Origin: a virus
Direction: 5' to 3' (one strand)
Virus record (IMG/VR): IMGVR_UViG_3300035703_000022
Location: 1 to 64,000 of that record
DNA length: 64,000 nucleotides
Below, piece after piece: positions 1 to 11,859 of this stretch. Under the pieces are notes generated by a model, which made no database searches, was not told the origin of the DNA, and saw only the letters and a list, made by a program, of their open reading frames with translations. Position 1 is the stretch's first letter, and the number at the start of each line of letters is the position of its first letter. The translations under genes and the position numbers were made by a program.

Positions 1-1893
1 TGTAATGGGCAATCTGGATTGAGGTTTCTTGTGTCGGAGGTCTTCATTCCTATTTGAATGTAAGAACAGGTGCATTTAGTCATTTTTTCAATACCTCATC
101 AACTTCTTTAAGCAACTTATCTGTTTCTTCCATTCGTTCCTCAATACCATCATAAAGAACCCAGAGATTATCATAATAATTCTTCTCCCAATCTGGGTCA
201 AGTTCTTTCAATTCTTTGATATAATCATCAAGTGAGTTTGGTGGTTGAGCAAGATTACCAAAGAAAACAGCACAATCAAAAACATCATAAGGATATTTGA
301 GTATCATTTTCCAGTGCCGATAATCTTTGAGAACCATTTTCCAACCTTCAAGTATTTGGTTCATTTCTGGTTCTCTTGAAGTTTTAGGTAATCATAAGCA
401 ATCTTACACTCTTTTGGTTTCTCTATGCAATACACAATACCCTCATTCTTTCCTACACTCATACCATTATGCCCACCGATATTGAAACCAAGAAAGAATA
501 TCACAGTAGCAATCGTTGGAATACCCAGTATAAAAGGAATAATAATACCTGGTTCAATCATTTCACAAAATCTCCAATTACAGGAACATCACCACAAATC
601 TCATTCACTCGTACTACTGTTTGGTCTTTGAGTGCTTGACGACACTCCAAGTTCTTATTGTATGTTTGTTGAAAGAGTGTTCGTTGTTGTTGGGCATCAT
701 AAGTGAGGATAACACCAGCAACAAGTACAACAAAAAATACAGACAAAATTGCCCAATCAATTCCTTCAAAGTTTTTCATAGTGCCTCCACATCATCAGCA
801 AGTTTCTTAAAGTCATCGGCAGAAAACCAAGATATTCCATTATCATCATACACAAAACTATCAGCCATAGCACGAATAGCAGCAGCAACTCCATCATTTG
901 GAAAGTTGTAAGTATCCTCTGCTTCGTATGCCTTCATAATCTTTTGTGCTCGTTCTTGATTAGTCACAGTGCCTCCACATTATAAGATAAACGATACAAA
1001 TAATCTACATCTGGGTCGTGATAGAGTTGATCAGCAACTTCACGAATAGCAGTAGCAAGTGCTTCTCTCATATCATCTGTGGGTTCTACAATCAATTCTG
1101 CCTTGAATGCTTCCCAAACTTTGTATGCTGCGTCAGTCATAGTCATAATCAGTAGGATAAGAGGAGTTCAAGTATACACTTTCTTGGTGACTTTCCCAAC
1201 CTTCATCGTGTCCTTCATTATAAGCAATTTCATAGATTGCTCGGGCAAACTCAATAAAATTTTCAGGAGTTCCAAAATATTCAGAACAACTACCATCGTC
1301 TCTCAATCCACCCTCTTGAAAGTGAAATCTTACAAGTTCAAGGATTTGTTCGTCAGTCATTCTTCCCACCCATCAAAGTATTCTGTAAAAAAGTTGAAAC
1401 TCAAACCAACCTTACCAAGTTGAAAATCTACTCCAAATAAAGAATTAGTAAAGAATGAGAATAGGATGTGTAATCCACCATCACTAAAAACTAAACGACT
1501 GGGATTTTCATAATGAACCCAAAGTAATGTTTTATTGTTGATGATACCAAACTGCCAAGTGCGGTCAGTATCACCATCATCCCAAACTTTTAGGTTGTAC
1601 TGATAGGGTTTCATTCTACAATCAAACAATAACGACACTGAAAAATAAAATTTTCTTTTTGCCAGATTTTCTTCACACCATTTTCTTCCCAAGAATACAC
1701 AACTTCATGCCAAGGGTCTGTATCTCCATAAGAATTGAAACCCTCAACGGTAACATAACCCTTGGAACCATCTGCTCGTGCCCAACGAGAACCAACTTGG
1801 ATTTCGTGTGGTTTGAAGAAATGACGGACAACTGCTTTGTGTCCATCTATGATTTCAGTTTCGTAGTCCATCGGTTTTGTTGCTTATGAAGTC

Positions 1894-1951
1894 ATTATAC
1901 AACGAAAAAGGGTCTCCGTGAAGACCCCTTGTGACGGTTTCTCAAGTGTCC
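1894..1951 (-). promoter_or_regulatory. sigma70-like promoter overlapping a terminator hairpin, with upstream GGACACTT..GTCAC box
   Basis: Minus strand: GGACACTTGAGAAACCGTCAC, hairpin AAGGGGTCTTCACGGAGACCCTTTTT, TTCACG-17-TATAAT. Confidence 0.6.
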
Positions 1952-2959
1952 TATTTCAGTTCCTCTTCAATCCTTTCAATCTCAAAGATTTCATTTAGAA
2001 ACTCCAGACCATACTTACCAACAACCCAGGCATCTTTGTCCTCAAAGAACCTATCACCTATGGTTCTCATATCATAACTCTCTTTGCCTTTATCAAAGAA
2101 AGCAATCACATAACAAGTCTCTTCTGCGGAACCATTGCGCTGATTCCACTTGACGAGTTCATATTTGTTGTTGCATTTGCTCCAACGGAACTCAATGTTA
2201 CGGAACCTCATTGTTTTCATCCTCAAAATCAAACCATTCATACAAAGAGTTCATCGCACCATCAACCACACAATCAACCACAGCATCTTGATGTGGGTTC
2301 TCTACGTGTTTATGAGCACGATTGTATCCATAACGGACACCTTCTTCAAGTGCCATCTCCAATACCTTACGAAAGTTGGGTTTCATAATCATGCAGTAGT
2401 TTTACGACCGTGAATTGGACAGGAAACATTTACCCATTTACGATCTTCGGGCATCTCTTGATTGTCCATCCAGGGACATGTGCAACCTTTTTCGTGAGCT
2501 TCAGTAGATCCAGGAGTTAAACCGTTCCAACTAGACATTGCATCCATTTCCTCATCAGTATATTGAAGATTATCTGGATTTTCTAGACGAGAGATTTTAG
2601 CTTCAAGACTACAAATCTCTTCTTCCAGTTTCTTAATTTCTTTATCATAATCTTCTGCAAGTTTCAGATCAAACTCATTTGCAATCCTACGCATATCCTC
2701 TTCACTTTGCATGTCATTAAATGCTGTGTGACAAGCACCTTTCATAATTCCAATTTCATTATGACCAATAGCTTTCATGAAATTAGAAAAGAACCGAAAC
2801 AACTGCATAGAGTTCAAATCTTCAGCAGGAATCTCCATGGTAATGTGTTCTTCGGGAAGAATCACATCATCATATAGACCACCATTATATTCAGATTTAG
2901 AATCAAACTTCAGAGTAATTTTTGCAGTGTAGGTCATTGATTTGGAGATTTATGTGGCT

Positions 2960-3016
2960 AATATAAAACCCCTAACTACAAAAGTCAAGGGTCAGTGGAC
3001 AGTCTATCAAGTGTCC
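2960..3016 (-). promoter_or_regulatory. sigma70-like promoter with upstream GGACACTT..TGTCCAC box
   Basis: Minus strand: GGACACTTGATAGACTGTCCAC, then TTGACT-17-TATATT. Confidence 0.65.
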
Positions 3017-3724
3017 CAATTATCATCCAATTCTACACCATCAGTAAGTTCTTTCAACCTATCAAAGAAATCCTCATCAAGTGGAATGAGTTTTTCTTCA
3101 CCTCGATCAATCCTAGCACACATCTCTAGTAATCCTTCGAGAAACTCTTTTGGATAAGTTTCATCTTCACCAAGAGTTACCCAAAACCATTCTAAACATT
3201 CTTGTTCTGGATCTTCTACTGATTTGAGTAAAGCATAATTCTCATAGTTTGATCCCATAAGATCTGCCCAAATTCTAAATGCTCCACGAATACTCTGCCA
3301 TCCAGTCATCCAACAATGACCTACCCAATATTCCCACCAGTTAAGAGTGGTTCTATTTTTCTTTGGTGCTGTTCCTCTAACTGGTGTGCTGAACATCATT
3401 CTGTAAGTCCTATGGTTGGATCAACATCATCAAGAGATTCATCAAACTCAATATCTTTTAGATGATCCCAATTCCAGGATCTACCGCAAAAATCAACATC
3501 AAATCCAAACTTATAAACCCAGAAAAGAATGCTCAACAAATCACCAGTTCCTGACTTAATTTGTAGATAAGGCCAAGACGGATAATCATTCCAACTCACA
3601 GACATTTGAATAAAACTCCAACGTTTGATATTCAAGATTTGAACATACCATTCGTGACCAAAATCTTCACGATGATTATATTTAATAAGAAATTTGCGTT
3701 TGTTAAATTTAATAAGGTTCATTT

Positions 3725-4114
3725 TTAATTACATCCAAAAATTGTACCACCCACGGCAGCGCCTACAGGAACTGCCCACCATCTACCATCACCTCTAGAT
3801 AGTGCAGCACCCACACCACCCCCTAGAAGTGCGCCTAGTGCGCTCTGCGTAGGATTACAATAACCCCTATCATTATAATTATTCCCAACATAGCCATTTC
3901 TGCGTGGCTGATAATTGATGGGTCCATTTCCGCAAGGGACTTGGTATGACTGAGTAGAAACATTTCCTTGTACATAATTACCATACCTATCATAGTAACC
4001 AGGATTATAAACCTCACGATACTTTGTGCAGATTTGATAATCATTTACCTGTTGAGCTTCAACTGGCACTGAAAACAGGGATGCAACTAATGGAAATAGA
4101 AGAAGTTTCTTCAT
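3725..4114 (-). CDS. Secreted or membrane protein with glycine-zipper C-terminus
   Basis: Likely start MKKLLLFPLVASLFSVPVEA (signal peptide); C-terminal GALLGGGVGAALS..AVPVGAAVGG. Confidence 0.6.
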   Translation of the reverse strand: MKKLLLFPLVASLFSVPVEAQQVNDYQICTKYREVYNPGYYDRYGNYVQGNVSTQSYQVPCGNGPINYQPRRNGYVGNNYNDRGYCNPTQSALGALLGGGVGAALSRGDGRWWAVPVGAAVGGTIFGCN

Positions 4115-4167
4115 AAGTTTGAGGTCTTTGACGCCACGATAACAGGTATTTAGTGGATTGGCAAGAA

Positions 4168-4443
4168 TTACCACATGTTTATTGGACATGATGCAGCTTT
4201 AAATTTCCATTTAACGACCATGTAACAACCACAAAGATAACATTTTTTACTTTCTTTGTTAAATTGAGAACAATCATTACATATTTTTTCTCTGTCATTT
4301 ACTTTTTGTTCGGAAACAAAAATTCCATCTCCTTCGACAACATTTTGTCCAACAGATTTTGCAAATTCTTTGAAACCTTTCATCTGGTCCCAAAAATCTG
4401 GGTACTTTTGTGGATCTATAAATTCTGGTAACTGTCCTTTCAT
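4168..4443 (-). CDS. Cys-rich small protein (DUF6171-like)
   Basis: R..IC..C, C.LCGC, K and CP..W pattern. Confidence 0.55.
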   Translation of the reverse strand: MKGQLPEFIDPQKYPDFWDQMKGFKEFAKSVGQNVVEGDGIFVSEQKVNDREKICNDCSQFNKESKKCYLCGCYMVVKWKFKAASCPINMW

Positions 4444-4460
4444 ATTCTTAAATAAAGATA

Positions 4461-4521
4461 TCTATAAACTAAAAAAGGGGAATTGTCAATATTGACAAAG
4501 CCCCTTGATTATTCTTATAAT
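4461..4521. terminator. Intrinsic terminator (minus strand) containing back-to-back -35 boxes
   Basis: Minus strand AAGGGGCTTTGTCAATATTGACAATTCCCCTTTTTT; palindromic core TTGTCAATATTGACAA. Confidence 0.65.
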
Positions 4522-4541
4522 AACTCTGTGGTAGTTAAGAA

Positions 4542-4754
4542 TCACTCTTCAGATTCATTTAGCTCTTCTGGAGTAGATTCTGCAATTTCTGTACCTAGAG
4601 CACTAAGTACTTCTAAAGCTCCTTGAATTTTAATGAATTGTTCTTTTTTCATGTTAAATTGTTTTTCTAGTTCAACCAATTCATTTCTAATATCATTGCT
4701 TTGCTTTACAAGTTGGGCAGCCATATCATCTTTGTTCATGGTATTTTCAGACAT
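4542..4754 (-). CDS. Small coiled-coil hypothetical protein
   Basis: Heptad-rich 70-aa ORF directly after the fibre gene. Confidence 0.6.
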   Translation of the reverse strand: MSENTMNKDDMAAQLVKQSNDIRNELVELEKQFNMKKEQFIKIQGALEVLSALGTEIAESTPEELNESEE

Positions 4755-4783
4755 AGGATTAAATAAACATCAAGTGTTCGATT

Positions 4784-7700
4784 TTATTTAGTACCTTTCA
4801 ATTCATTCAATTCTGCACGAAGTTCGGAAATTTCACCTTTAAGTTCTTTAATTGCTTCAATTAAAACAGCAGTTAAGTTACCATAAGCAACTGATTTCAT
4901 TCCTTTTTCATCAGTATGAACAATATCTGGTAAAACTTTTTCAACTTCTTGTGCAATTACACCGATTTGATGTGATGAAACATCAATACGATCATATTCA
5001 ACACCACGAAGTTGAATAACTTTATCTAAACCATTTTCGATAGTTTTAATGTTGGTTTTGATTCTTTCATCAGAACTTGCAGTTACTTCTCCAGAGAAAC
5101 TAACATTTCCACTATTGTCTATTGTGACAATAGTTGTATCAGTACTTGATCTGAATTGATATCCAGCTTGAGATCCAAAATATGTTGTTGAATTATTTCC
5201 AAAGTATAATCTATTTTTGCCATCATCACTGGTTTGCCAAACATCATTTGCACCTCTTAAAAATCCTGTTTCGGATCTTCCATCGAGGAAATCAGCATTT
5301 AAATTAGAGACTTTTGTTGTTGAAGTAACAACAAGAGGTGAGGTTCCTGTTGCAACTGTAGATGTATATCTTCTTGCGGAAACATCTCCTGATGCACCAC
5401 AATTGATATTCATATTACCTGCAGTTGGAGATGAAGCACCTGGACCAAAAGCACTAATAATACCAATATTTGCATATATACCCTCACCCGTTCCAGTTCC
5501 ATTAACCGATAATTTACTAGTAATTTGAGCATTGGTATATGTTGCACCAGTGCCCGTAATTGCAGTAATAACACCTACGTTAATATACGCAGTTAATGGA
5601 TCAGCAGAAGAAGTTCCACGAATAGTTCTAGCCGTAATATTGGTAATAATTCCAGTATTTACATAAGCAAGAGGTGATCCCAACCAACCATCAACTGTAG
5701 AACCCTGATATCCATTACTTGGTATGACCAGAGTGGTTACAATACCAGTATTTGCATACATGCTTGTAATTCCAGCATTACTACTTCTAAAATTAGTAAT
5801 AATACCAGTATTGATCGTTGCAAGTGGAGTTGCAAGAGCTGTTGTAGCTCGAATTCCTTCAATGAAAGCATTCGTTCCATTGATAGTTGTAATTGTACAT
5901 GCAACACCAGTAATAGATGTGACTATACCAACGTTAAAACATGCAAGAGCAACTGTTTGACCGGAACCTACATTACCAAGTCCGCCGATATATTTTGTAC
6001 GAATTGCAGTGATGATTCCGGACTGAATATATGCTTCTGTTGATATTGATACTGTGTTTGCGTTTAACTTATCAACAATTAGATTTGCAAATGATCCTAC
6101 TCCAGAATTTGAACGTAAGTACTTGACATCCAAAGTTCCAGCAATAGTTGAAACGCCAGTAAAAGTAGAATTAAATGAATTCTCAAATGTTACTGTTGCA
6201 TTTGTAAATGTTGCAGCAGTTCCAGTAATTTCCAAGTTTTGGAACTGTGCAATAGTATTTGCATTTGTGGTTTTAATGGTATAGTTAGTACCAATTCCAG
6301 CAAATGTAATCGTTTTATTAAGAAGGACGGTATCAAAGGATGCATTTCCAATTGCTTGACTACCTGCAAATGTAACTGCACCACCAACATAAAGGTTTTT
6401 AACTTTTAAAGTACCATTAACTTCTGCAGCGTCTGAGAAATTATAGACTCCCGAAGACTGTCCAATAGCGATTTGATCTAATTTGAGATAATCCCTGTCT
6501 TTTTCTTGTGAGATCATCCCCCATCGACGCCAATCTCCATCAGCATAAACATGACCAATATAACCAGCAGGGTCTGGATTAGCTAAGAAAGATACGTCTC
6601 CAGTTCTCTTAGGCGTTGTTGGAGTTGAAATGCCAACAGTTAATAGTTTTGGTTGAGATGCAAGTCCTTTGATATATAAATCTCTCGTTTCTAATCCATC
6701 ATCAGCAGAACTTGTTACTTTTTGTGAGAAGTTGACTGGCCCATAAAATTGGGTTGTTTGGTTATTATTCTCACCGCCTTCAACAGTAATTCTCTCTTTA
6801 ACAACTATATCGTCAAAAACTCCACTATTTCTTTTTTCAGCACCAGTTAATAAATCATCACCAAAGAAGGTGATTACTGGAGCTTCAATAGTTTCTTCTT
6901 CACCAGTTGATCCGCTGATTTTAGTAGCACCAGAATAAAATTCACCTCTGTCATTCATACCTGTATAAACAACAGTACCACCATCTTGTTCTCTAGCTTG
7001 AGAAACGAAAATTTCTTCACTACTTAAAATTCTATCTTGTTTTACCGGTAAACCAGTTGAATAGTTGCCAGGACCATATCCCAGATATTCAAAGGTATGT
7101 CCAGATGCTCTTAAAATTGATGGTCTACGAAGTTCAACAGGAAGAATACGAATTTTTCTTACTATTGAACCTATATTATTTGATGATGCAACAGTTGAAA
7201 ACTGACCTCTTAAAACAGTAAATGTATTTCCTGTTGGATCACTAGCAAGTCTAATAATTTCGGAATTGATTGAAATATAGTCACCTTTTCTAAATCCATT
7301 TGAACTTGCTAGAACTATTGATGTGTCTGTAGATGAAATTGCAGTAGAGAGAGTTGTACTAATTCCAGCGTAAAGGAAATTACCTCTTCCACCAAGATTC
7401 TCTTCCCCAGATCCTAGAGCTCTTCCGTTTGCAGATATAGTTGATTTCTGTATTGTTACTCCAGTCGTATTCCATGTTTGTGGTATGGTGGTTATACCTG
7501 AAAAGAATGTGAATGATGTAATCCCAAGAAATTCATTAACAATAAATTTATTTGAAAAATAAGTGTTTCCTATTCCACTTAGATTAAAAGTGTTTCCTGG
7601 TAAGAGTCCATGACCTTCTGCACAAACTACTGTTGTAATTCCAACTTCCTTATTTAAGTTGAGACTACTTACTCTAACTCCTTTTGAAGATAAGTATGCA

Positions 7701-10700
7701 ATGGGTAGTCTTTCATCATTTCTAAGTCTGTATGTTGAAGAAGGAAGTCCATTTTCCTTTATTACAACAATAGATTTAGTCGAAGGAACATCTATGATTT
7801 TAAATGTTCCATTCATGCGTGGTTCCATAAAACCACTCATTTCTAAAGAATCTCCAATGTTGTTGTTAATTGATTGAACTTGAACAACAGCATAAGTTGA
7901 TGGAGCTCCTGCTGGGTCAGCAGAGATTATCATAGTGTTTCCAATTCCATATACGGAACCACCATCAACTATTTCAATAGATGAAATAGTGTTTGCCACT
8001 GAAATGTTAGCTTTTACAGTAGCATTTTTTCCAGAAATTGAATTATTAATTAATTCAGCAGCATATATTGTACTTGTTACTCCAGCATTGTTATTATACC
8101 CAACTCCACCATTTGTTAGTGTTAAAGATTTAATAGAATTTAAATTATGGTCAATATCTGTGTATAATGTAATAGTTGTATTTCCAGTTCCTGTAATTAC
8201 TGCCCCAGTAATAGCGTATCCAACTCTATTATTAGTAAAGAAATCATTTAAAGCTTCTTTAGTTAAAGAATTCTTCTTGTTACTTGTTCTAACAACTCCT
8301 GAGGGATATAGTTTGGCGTGACTTAATGTTGGGAATGGATCGGACTCAAAATTATCTCTGTCAATTTGTGGATATAAGTTTCTTACATCTTGATTGAAAT
8401 TTGTGTTACTTAAACCAAATCCAATGTTAGAATCGGGTTTTATGCTTCCTGATAGTGCAATAATATTGTATATTCCGTCTTGTCCTCCAGCACCAGGAAT
8501 AAAGGGTTTAATTTCCTGACTTCTATAAATGAATATGCTATCTCTGGACTTTTCTTTTTGTACTGTTGGTAGAGATTGAATTTGTTGTTGAGTAGATCTT
8601 TGGTTTATCTGATTTAAAAATGTTCCTGGATTGGAGTCAACTCCAATTATAGTGAATTCTTTTGAGTTAACTACATTATAAACTTCAAATGATCCATTAT
8701 AAGTCGATGTGGGTTGATTTGAACTTGTCACATTGGATATTTTTACAATATCACCAATAAAAAGATTATGTGGTAATTCCGTCTTTACAGTAACGGTTCC
8801 ACCAATATATGAAATAGATTTAATTATTTTTGGATTTCTTAATTGAGTTGAATCCGATAATGCAGAAGTTAGGAATGATGCACTTGAAATACCTACAGAT
8901 TTTGATTCTTGAAGAACAAATCCATCAGTAGGTGGTCTAGCATTAACAAATTCTTTTGGAATTACGTAACGTAATTTGTAGATTCTATCGGTTAAACCTC
9001 TATTATCAACTCTTCTGGTAATAAATGTTGATCCTGTTTGATTTCCTAATAAAGAGGATCCTATTCCTACGACGCCAGTGTAGATAGTATTAAATAAAGT
9101 AACAGGAGTACTTTGAACATACCAATTACTTGCAGCAGCATCATATTGAATTGGATGTCCAAAGTCTCCAGGCAACTTATCAGCAACATAACTAACTATT
9201 TCTAATTTTCCTCCTCCATTTGAAATTCCTGTAATAGAATTTCCAGAGTTGGCATCATTTAATGATGAAGATAATTTAATTTGATTACTATTAAGTCCAA
9301 GTGTGGATGCGTAGTAAATTTTATCGGATACTAAGTTCTCAGGAAGATCACCATTGTCACTCAATATTCTTACTTTTTCACCATTGAAGAGTTGGTGATT
9401 GGATTCTAAAGTTAAAATATTAGAAGTAATACTATTAATACCAGAATTTCTTCCAACAGAATAGACTTTTTTAGATGAAGTTCCTATACCACTAGGAACT
9501 TGCATTAAAATAGGAGCTTTAAAATTACTTCTATTCGATCCAATAATTACTGAAAGATATAACTCATCATTTTCTTTAGCTCCAATTCTATACGAGTCTA
9601 TTTGTGATGGAGGAGCAACATCTAAACTTTCGTATCCAGATAAGTAGAGTCTTTCTGTATTGGCGAATGAAACTATTTTATTAACATCTAAAGCAATCCA
9701 AGTTACATTAGTCTCCCTAAAATCTAATTCTCTAGGTGGAATAACATGTGTTATATAACCAACATCATCTCTATCAAATGATTCTGGTCTGAATCCAATA
9801 GCTTCTAAAGATACTGCACCGAAGTTAGAGTTGGAGTTGGTGATTGACATATCACCACCAGTATTTGCAACAAAGTGCCTAGCAAAACCAATAGCAAATA
9901 CTGAAACTGCTTGAATGATAGCATTATCTGTTGCTTTTATGTGAGTACTTTCCCAACCAGGTCTATAAACTGATCTGGAATTTACATGTAGGGGTTTTTC
10001 GGAATCTGATACAGTAAGATCATCATTGTATATCCCTGTTTCTGGGTCATATAATATAAAAGCATTATCATCTTTTTGTAGAGAGATCCCTGTAAACTGA
10101 GCGGTTAACATGGATTTAAATCCAGTTGCCTTGGAACCATCTGCCCACATTCCATTCATACCATAAACAGATCTCAGTGAACATGAGAAAACATATGGAG
10201 AAGCTGAAGAAACACTATCAGATTCTACAATTGCTCTAGCATTGAGAATTTGTCCGGAGTTTGGTAAAGCTACAACTGGAGTAGATGGAGCGAAATACTT
10301 GAATTCAGTTTCACTTGTTACATCACTAACTAAGAAAGATCCATTATATTCATTAACACTAGTTGTAATTCCACTGATTAGAACTGGAGTATCTTTGAAT
10401 AAATTGTGAGGAGTTGAAGTAGTAACAGTAATTGTCGTCGTTGGTATGATACCATTTCCAGATTTAATACTTGTAATTCCAATGGGATCTGGACGAAGAT
10501 CTCCAACAATTCTATATTCGTCAACAGAAGGTTCAAAGTCTGAACTACCACTTACTGGATAATTTGGAATACCTCTTCCGGAAGTATCACCATAAGCGTA
10601 AGTGACTTTATAATAATACATATCCAAGTCAGTGAGACTTGTATGTTCAGAACCTAATTTAACTAGATTAACGCCATCTGCATATTCAAAACAGGTTAGT

Positions 10701-11347
10701 TTGTGGTGAGAATAATTTGGAACAGCTTTTCTTCCTGTAGAATCTTTATAACATGCTCTTTGTGGATCAGCATCAAGAAGTGTAAAGGAGGTGAAGTAGC
10801 AAGTACCTGTTACTTTAAAAATAGCTGAAGATTCTACCGAGTTGTTTAATGGATCCGGCACATACATTGGACGGATTTTAGTTTTTCTAAGATCCAAACC
10901 AACAATAGAAGTACCTCTAGGTAAAATTACACCTCCATGTACTGAGTTATATTTGTATAAATCATTGTCTTCATCAAAAATATCAAAATTAGAATTTTGT
11001 GAAAATTCTGTTAAAGTTGCTCCAGATGTTGTCCAGTTGCCATTCAAATATCTCTTAAACTGTGCTGTCCCGCTCTGATTCGTAATAGAATGTCCAGGTC
11101 TATTATCAATATAGTGAACACCTGGATAAACTAAAATTGTTGTTGTATCGATTTTATCGTTATTTCTTCCCGTTAAATATGAAAATCTCGACGCTTCAAT
11201 TAAAGCTCTTTGAATACTTTTAAAAGGTCTTGTAAGTGAATTACCTCTGTTTTCAATGCTATCAGTTGCATCAAAATCTGAAGGATTTACATATAAAATA
11301 TTACCTTCCGCATTTTTTAGGAAATTCTCTAATCTACTTAGCGGCAT
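4784..11347 (-). CDS. Long tail fibre / virion structural protein with C-terminal intramolecular chaperone (peptidase S74-like)
   Basis: 2187 aa; cyanophage-type N-terminus MPLSRLENFLKN..RPFKSIQRALIEA; GI(I/V)T repeats; C-terminal SSDERIKTNI..IGVIAQEVEKVLP..VAYGNL plus coiled coil; late-promoter-like CTAAATA at 11383-11389. Confidence 0.85.
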   Translation of the reverse strand: MPLSRLENFLKNAEGNILYVNPSDFDATDSIENRGNSLTRPFKSIQRALIEASRFSYLTGRNNDKIDTTTILVYPGVHYIDNRPGHSITNQSGTAQFKRYLNGNWTTSGATLTEFSQNSNFDIFDEDNDLYKYNSVHGGVILPRGTSIVGLDLRKTKIRPMYVPDPLNNSVESSAIFKVTGTCYFTSFTLLDADPQRACYKDSTGRKAVPNYSHHKLTCFEYADGVNLVKLGSEHTSLTDLDMYYYKVTYAYGDTSGRGIPNYPVSGSSDFEPSVDEYRIVGDLRPDPIGITSIKSGNGIIPTTTITVTTSTPHNLFKDTPVLISGITTSVNEYNGSFLVSDVTSETEFKYFAPSTPVVALPNSGQILNARAIVESDSVSSASPYVFSCSLRSVYGMNGMWADGSKATGFKSMLTAQFTGISLQKDDNAFILYDPETGIYNDDLTVSDSEKPLHVNSRSVYRPGWESTHIKATDNAIIQAVSVFAIGFARHFVANTGGDMSITNSNSNFGAVSLEAIGFRPESFDRDDVGYITHVIPPRELDFRETNVTWIALDVNKIVSFANTERLYLSGYESLDVAPPSQIDSYRIGAKENDELYLSVIIGSNRSNFKAPILMQVPSGIGTSSKKVYSVGRNSGINSITSNILTLESNHQLFNGEKVRILSDNGDLPENLVSDKIYYASTLGLNSNQIKLSSSLNDANSGNSITGISNGGGKLEIVSYVADKLPGDFGHPIQYDAAASNWYVQSTPVTLFNTIYTGVVGIGSSLLGNQTGSTFITRRVDNRGLTDRIYKLRYVIPKEFVNARPPTDGFVLQESKSVGISSASFLTSALSDSTQLRNPKIIKSISYIGGTVTVKTELPHNLFIGDIVKISNVTSSNQPTSTYNGSFEVYNVVNSKEFTIIGVDSNPGTFLNQINQRSTQQQIQSLPTVQKEKSRDSIFIYRSQEIKPFIPGAGGQDGIYNIIALSGSIKPDSNIGFGLSNTNFNQDVRNLYPQIDRDNFESDPFPTLSHAKLYPSGVVRTSNKKNSLTKEALNDFFTNNRVGYAITGAVITGTGNTTITLYTDIDHNLNSIKSLTLTNGGVGYNNNAGVTSTIYAAELINNSISGKNATVKANISVANTISSIEIVDGGSVYGIGNTMIISADPAGAPSTYAVVQVQSINNNIGDSLEMSGFMEPRMNGTFKIIDVPSTKSIVVIKENGLPSSTYRLRNDERLPIAYLSSKGVRVSSLNLNKEVGITTVVCAEGHGLLPGNTFNLSGIGNTYFSNKFIVNEFLGITSFTFFSGITTIPQTWNTTGVTIQKSTISANGRALGSGEENLGGRGNFLYAGISTTLSTAISSTDTSIVLASSNGFRKGDYISINSEIIRLASDPTGNTFTVLRGQFSTVASSNNIGSIVRKIRILPVELRRPSILRASGHTFEYLGYGPGNYSTGLPVKQDRILSSEEIFVSQAREQDGGTVVYTGMNDRGEFYSGATKISGSTGEEETIEAPVITFFGDDLLTGAEKRNSGVFDDIVVKERITVEGGENNNQTTQFYGPVNFSQKVTSSADDGLETRDLYIKGLASQPKLLTVGISTPTTPKRTGDVSFLANPDPAGYIGHVYADGDWRRWGMISQEKDRDYLKLDQIAIGQSSGVYNFSDAAEVNGTLKVKNLYVGGAVTFAGSQAIGNASFDTVLLNKTITFAGIGTNYTIKTTNANTIAQFQNLEITGTAATFTNATVTFENSFNSTFTGVSTIAGTLDVKYLRSNSGVGSFANLIVDKLNANTVSISTEAYIQSGIITAIRTKYIGGLGNVGSGQTVALACFNVGIVTSITGVACTITTINGTNAFIEGIRATTALATPLATINTGIITNFRSSNAGITSMYANTGIVTTLVIPSNGYQGSTVDGWLGSPLAYVNTGIITNITARTIRGTSSADPLTAYINVGVITAITGTGATYTNAQITSKLSVNGTGTGEGIYANIGIISAFGPGASSPTAGNMNINCGASGDVSARRYTSTVATGTSPLVVTSTTKVSNLNADFLDGRSETGFLRGANDVWQTSDDGKNRLYFGNNSTTYFGSQAGYQFRSSTDTTIVTIDNSGNVSFSGEVTASSDERIKTNIKTIENGLDKVIQLRGVEYDRIDVSSHQIGVIAQEVEKVLPDIVHTDEKGMKSVAYGNLTAVLIEAIKELKGEISELRAELNELKGTK

Positions 11348-11403
11348 CGTGCTTTCCTACAGTGACAAATTTATTCTTTTTATATTTAGACACTAAGAAA
11401 ATG

Positions 11404-11859
11404 TTATCTATTATTGTAGCCCCAAGTAGGTGTTTGTGTATGACAATTTGGACATAAGAATCTCAAATTCTCCAATCTGTTGTCATTATTGACACCATTA
11501 ATATGATCTAATTGTAGTGAAAGAGGATTTCCCAACCAATCGAAAATACCACAACAAGAACACTTATAAGGCAACAAATTTTCTTTGATAATTTTTCTTT
11601 TTAAGTCTTTTCTTTCATAGGTTGAATCTTTGGAAAAAATTTCTTTGTCGTCTTTTTTTCGGGTTAATCCTATACGTTTCCACAAAACTGGATACTTTTC
11701 TAGATTTATATTTCTTTTACTAAGATTATTTTTAACACTAGTATATACACGACTACTTTTATTTTTATATCCAACTTTTTTACAAAAGTCCCATAAAGAA
11801 AAACTTTCATTCAAAAAAGTTTCCAGTTCTTCGTTGGAAAATTTTTCTAGTATTTTCAT
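11404..11859 (-). CDS. HNH endonuclease (free-standing, homing type)
   Basis: CSCC..LQLDHING.NNDNRLENLRFLCPNCH. Confidence 0.9.
   Translation of the reverse strand: MKILEKFSNEELETFLNESFSLWDFCKKVGYKNKSSRVYTSVKNNLSKRNINLEKYPVLWKRIGLTRKKDDKEIFSKDSTYERKDLKRKIIKENLLPYKCSCCGIFDWLGNPLSLQLDHINGVNNDNRLENLRFLCPNCHTQTPTWGYNNR

Larger units (their letters stand above)
80..3722 (-). other. Cluster of about 13 short, overlapping hypothetical phage ORFs (60-182 aa), some with single TM helices
   Basis: Head-to-tail minus-strand ORFs, many with ATGA-type overlaps; no family recognised; typical of a hypervariable region in T4-like phages. Confidence 0.7.

Noticed and set aside
11404-11859. HNH or GIY-YIG genes as intron-encoded endonucleases
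   Set aside because: Flanking genes are intact and no group I intron core was recognised; both appear free-standing
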